Shown here: positions 56,031 to 56,155 of the stretch, piece by piece
Position numbering within the stretch: the first letter of the stretch is position 1
How the letters are laid out: each line of letters opens with the position of its first letter
Source of the DNA: Alphaproteobacteria bacterium
GTDB lineage: Bacteria > Pseudomonadota > Alphaproteobacteria > RF32 > CAG-239
Reading direction: 5' to 3'
Assembly (NCBI GenBank): GCA_017475935.1
Contig: JAFVEP010000024.1
Location: 1-56,155 of the forward strand
DNA length: 56,155 nucleotides
The notes under the pieces: generated by a model
Told to the model about the DNA's origin: nothing
Databases searched by the model: none
What the model saw: the letters and a program-made list of their open reading frames with translations, nothing else
Position numbers and translations under genes: made by a program

Positions 56031-56155
56031 CCTCGTGTGTTCCACACTCGGAGGCATGATTTTTTATTAATTTATAAAAAAAGACTTGACTTTTGCTGCG
56101 GGGGGGTAATGTGAAAAAAAATATTTTTAAACGGGTAAAGTCACCCCTATTTTTC
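56031..56155 (+). promoter_or_regulatory. conserved promoter/leader cassette, copy 2, cut by the window end
   Basis: About 90% identical to 4267-4386. TTGACT (56086-56091), G7 (56100-56106), TAATGT (56107-56112). Ends inside the leader hairpin, so the driven gene lies beyond the window. Confidence 0.5.

Overview
56-kb chromosomal window from a diderm, probably host-associated bacterium with moderate to low GC by eye. It is gene-dense and has two kinds of content.

Housekeeping blocks:
- Cell-shape operon mreB-mreC-mreD-mrdA-rodA.
- miaA, translationally coupled to a U32-family gene and an exported protein.
- ddl, lepA and pta-ackA.
- A NUDIX hydrolase, a MarC-family protein and a divergent membrane pyrophosphatase.
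- A complete nine-gene N-type ATPase operon in the diagnostic order atpD-C-Q-R-B-E-F-A-G.

Accessory, surface-related content:
- A 5'-truncated gene for a repeat-rich acidic protein, followed by a secretin-like lipoprotein and a bitopic membrane protein.
- A STAS / SpoIIE-RsbW partner-switching pair.
- A 9.3-kb autotransporter gene with an ankyrin N-terminus, an internal lipobox-like segment and five diverged tandem modules of about 0.9 kb.
- Type IV pilin-like genes: one full gene, one 50-codon stump, and probably one more just past the 3' window edge.
- A TolC-like protein with an Ig/cadherin-like tail, an orphan VirB8-family gene coupled to an alpha/beta-hydrolase lipoprotein, and a secreted ankyrin protein.

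The most unusual signal is non-coding. A family of 70-nt units has constant flanks and a variable hairpin. The hairpin architecture (5 bp, 3-nt bulge, 7 bp, 1-nt bulge, 3 bp, 3-nt loop) is preserved between units through six fully compensatory base-pair swaps. These units sit immediately upstream of a conserved promoter/leader cassette of about 175 nt that is about 90% identical between copies. The cassette drives pilin-like genes and carries a G-tract of different length in the two copies (G5 vs G7).

I did not recognise any rRNA, tRNA, CRISPR array, transposase or integrase.
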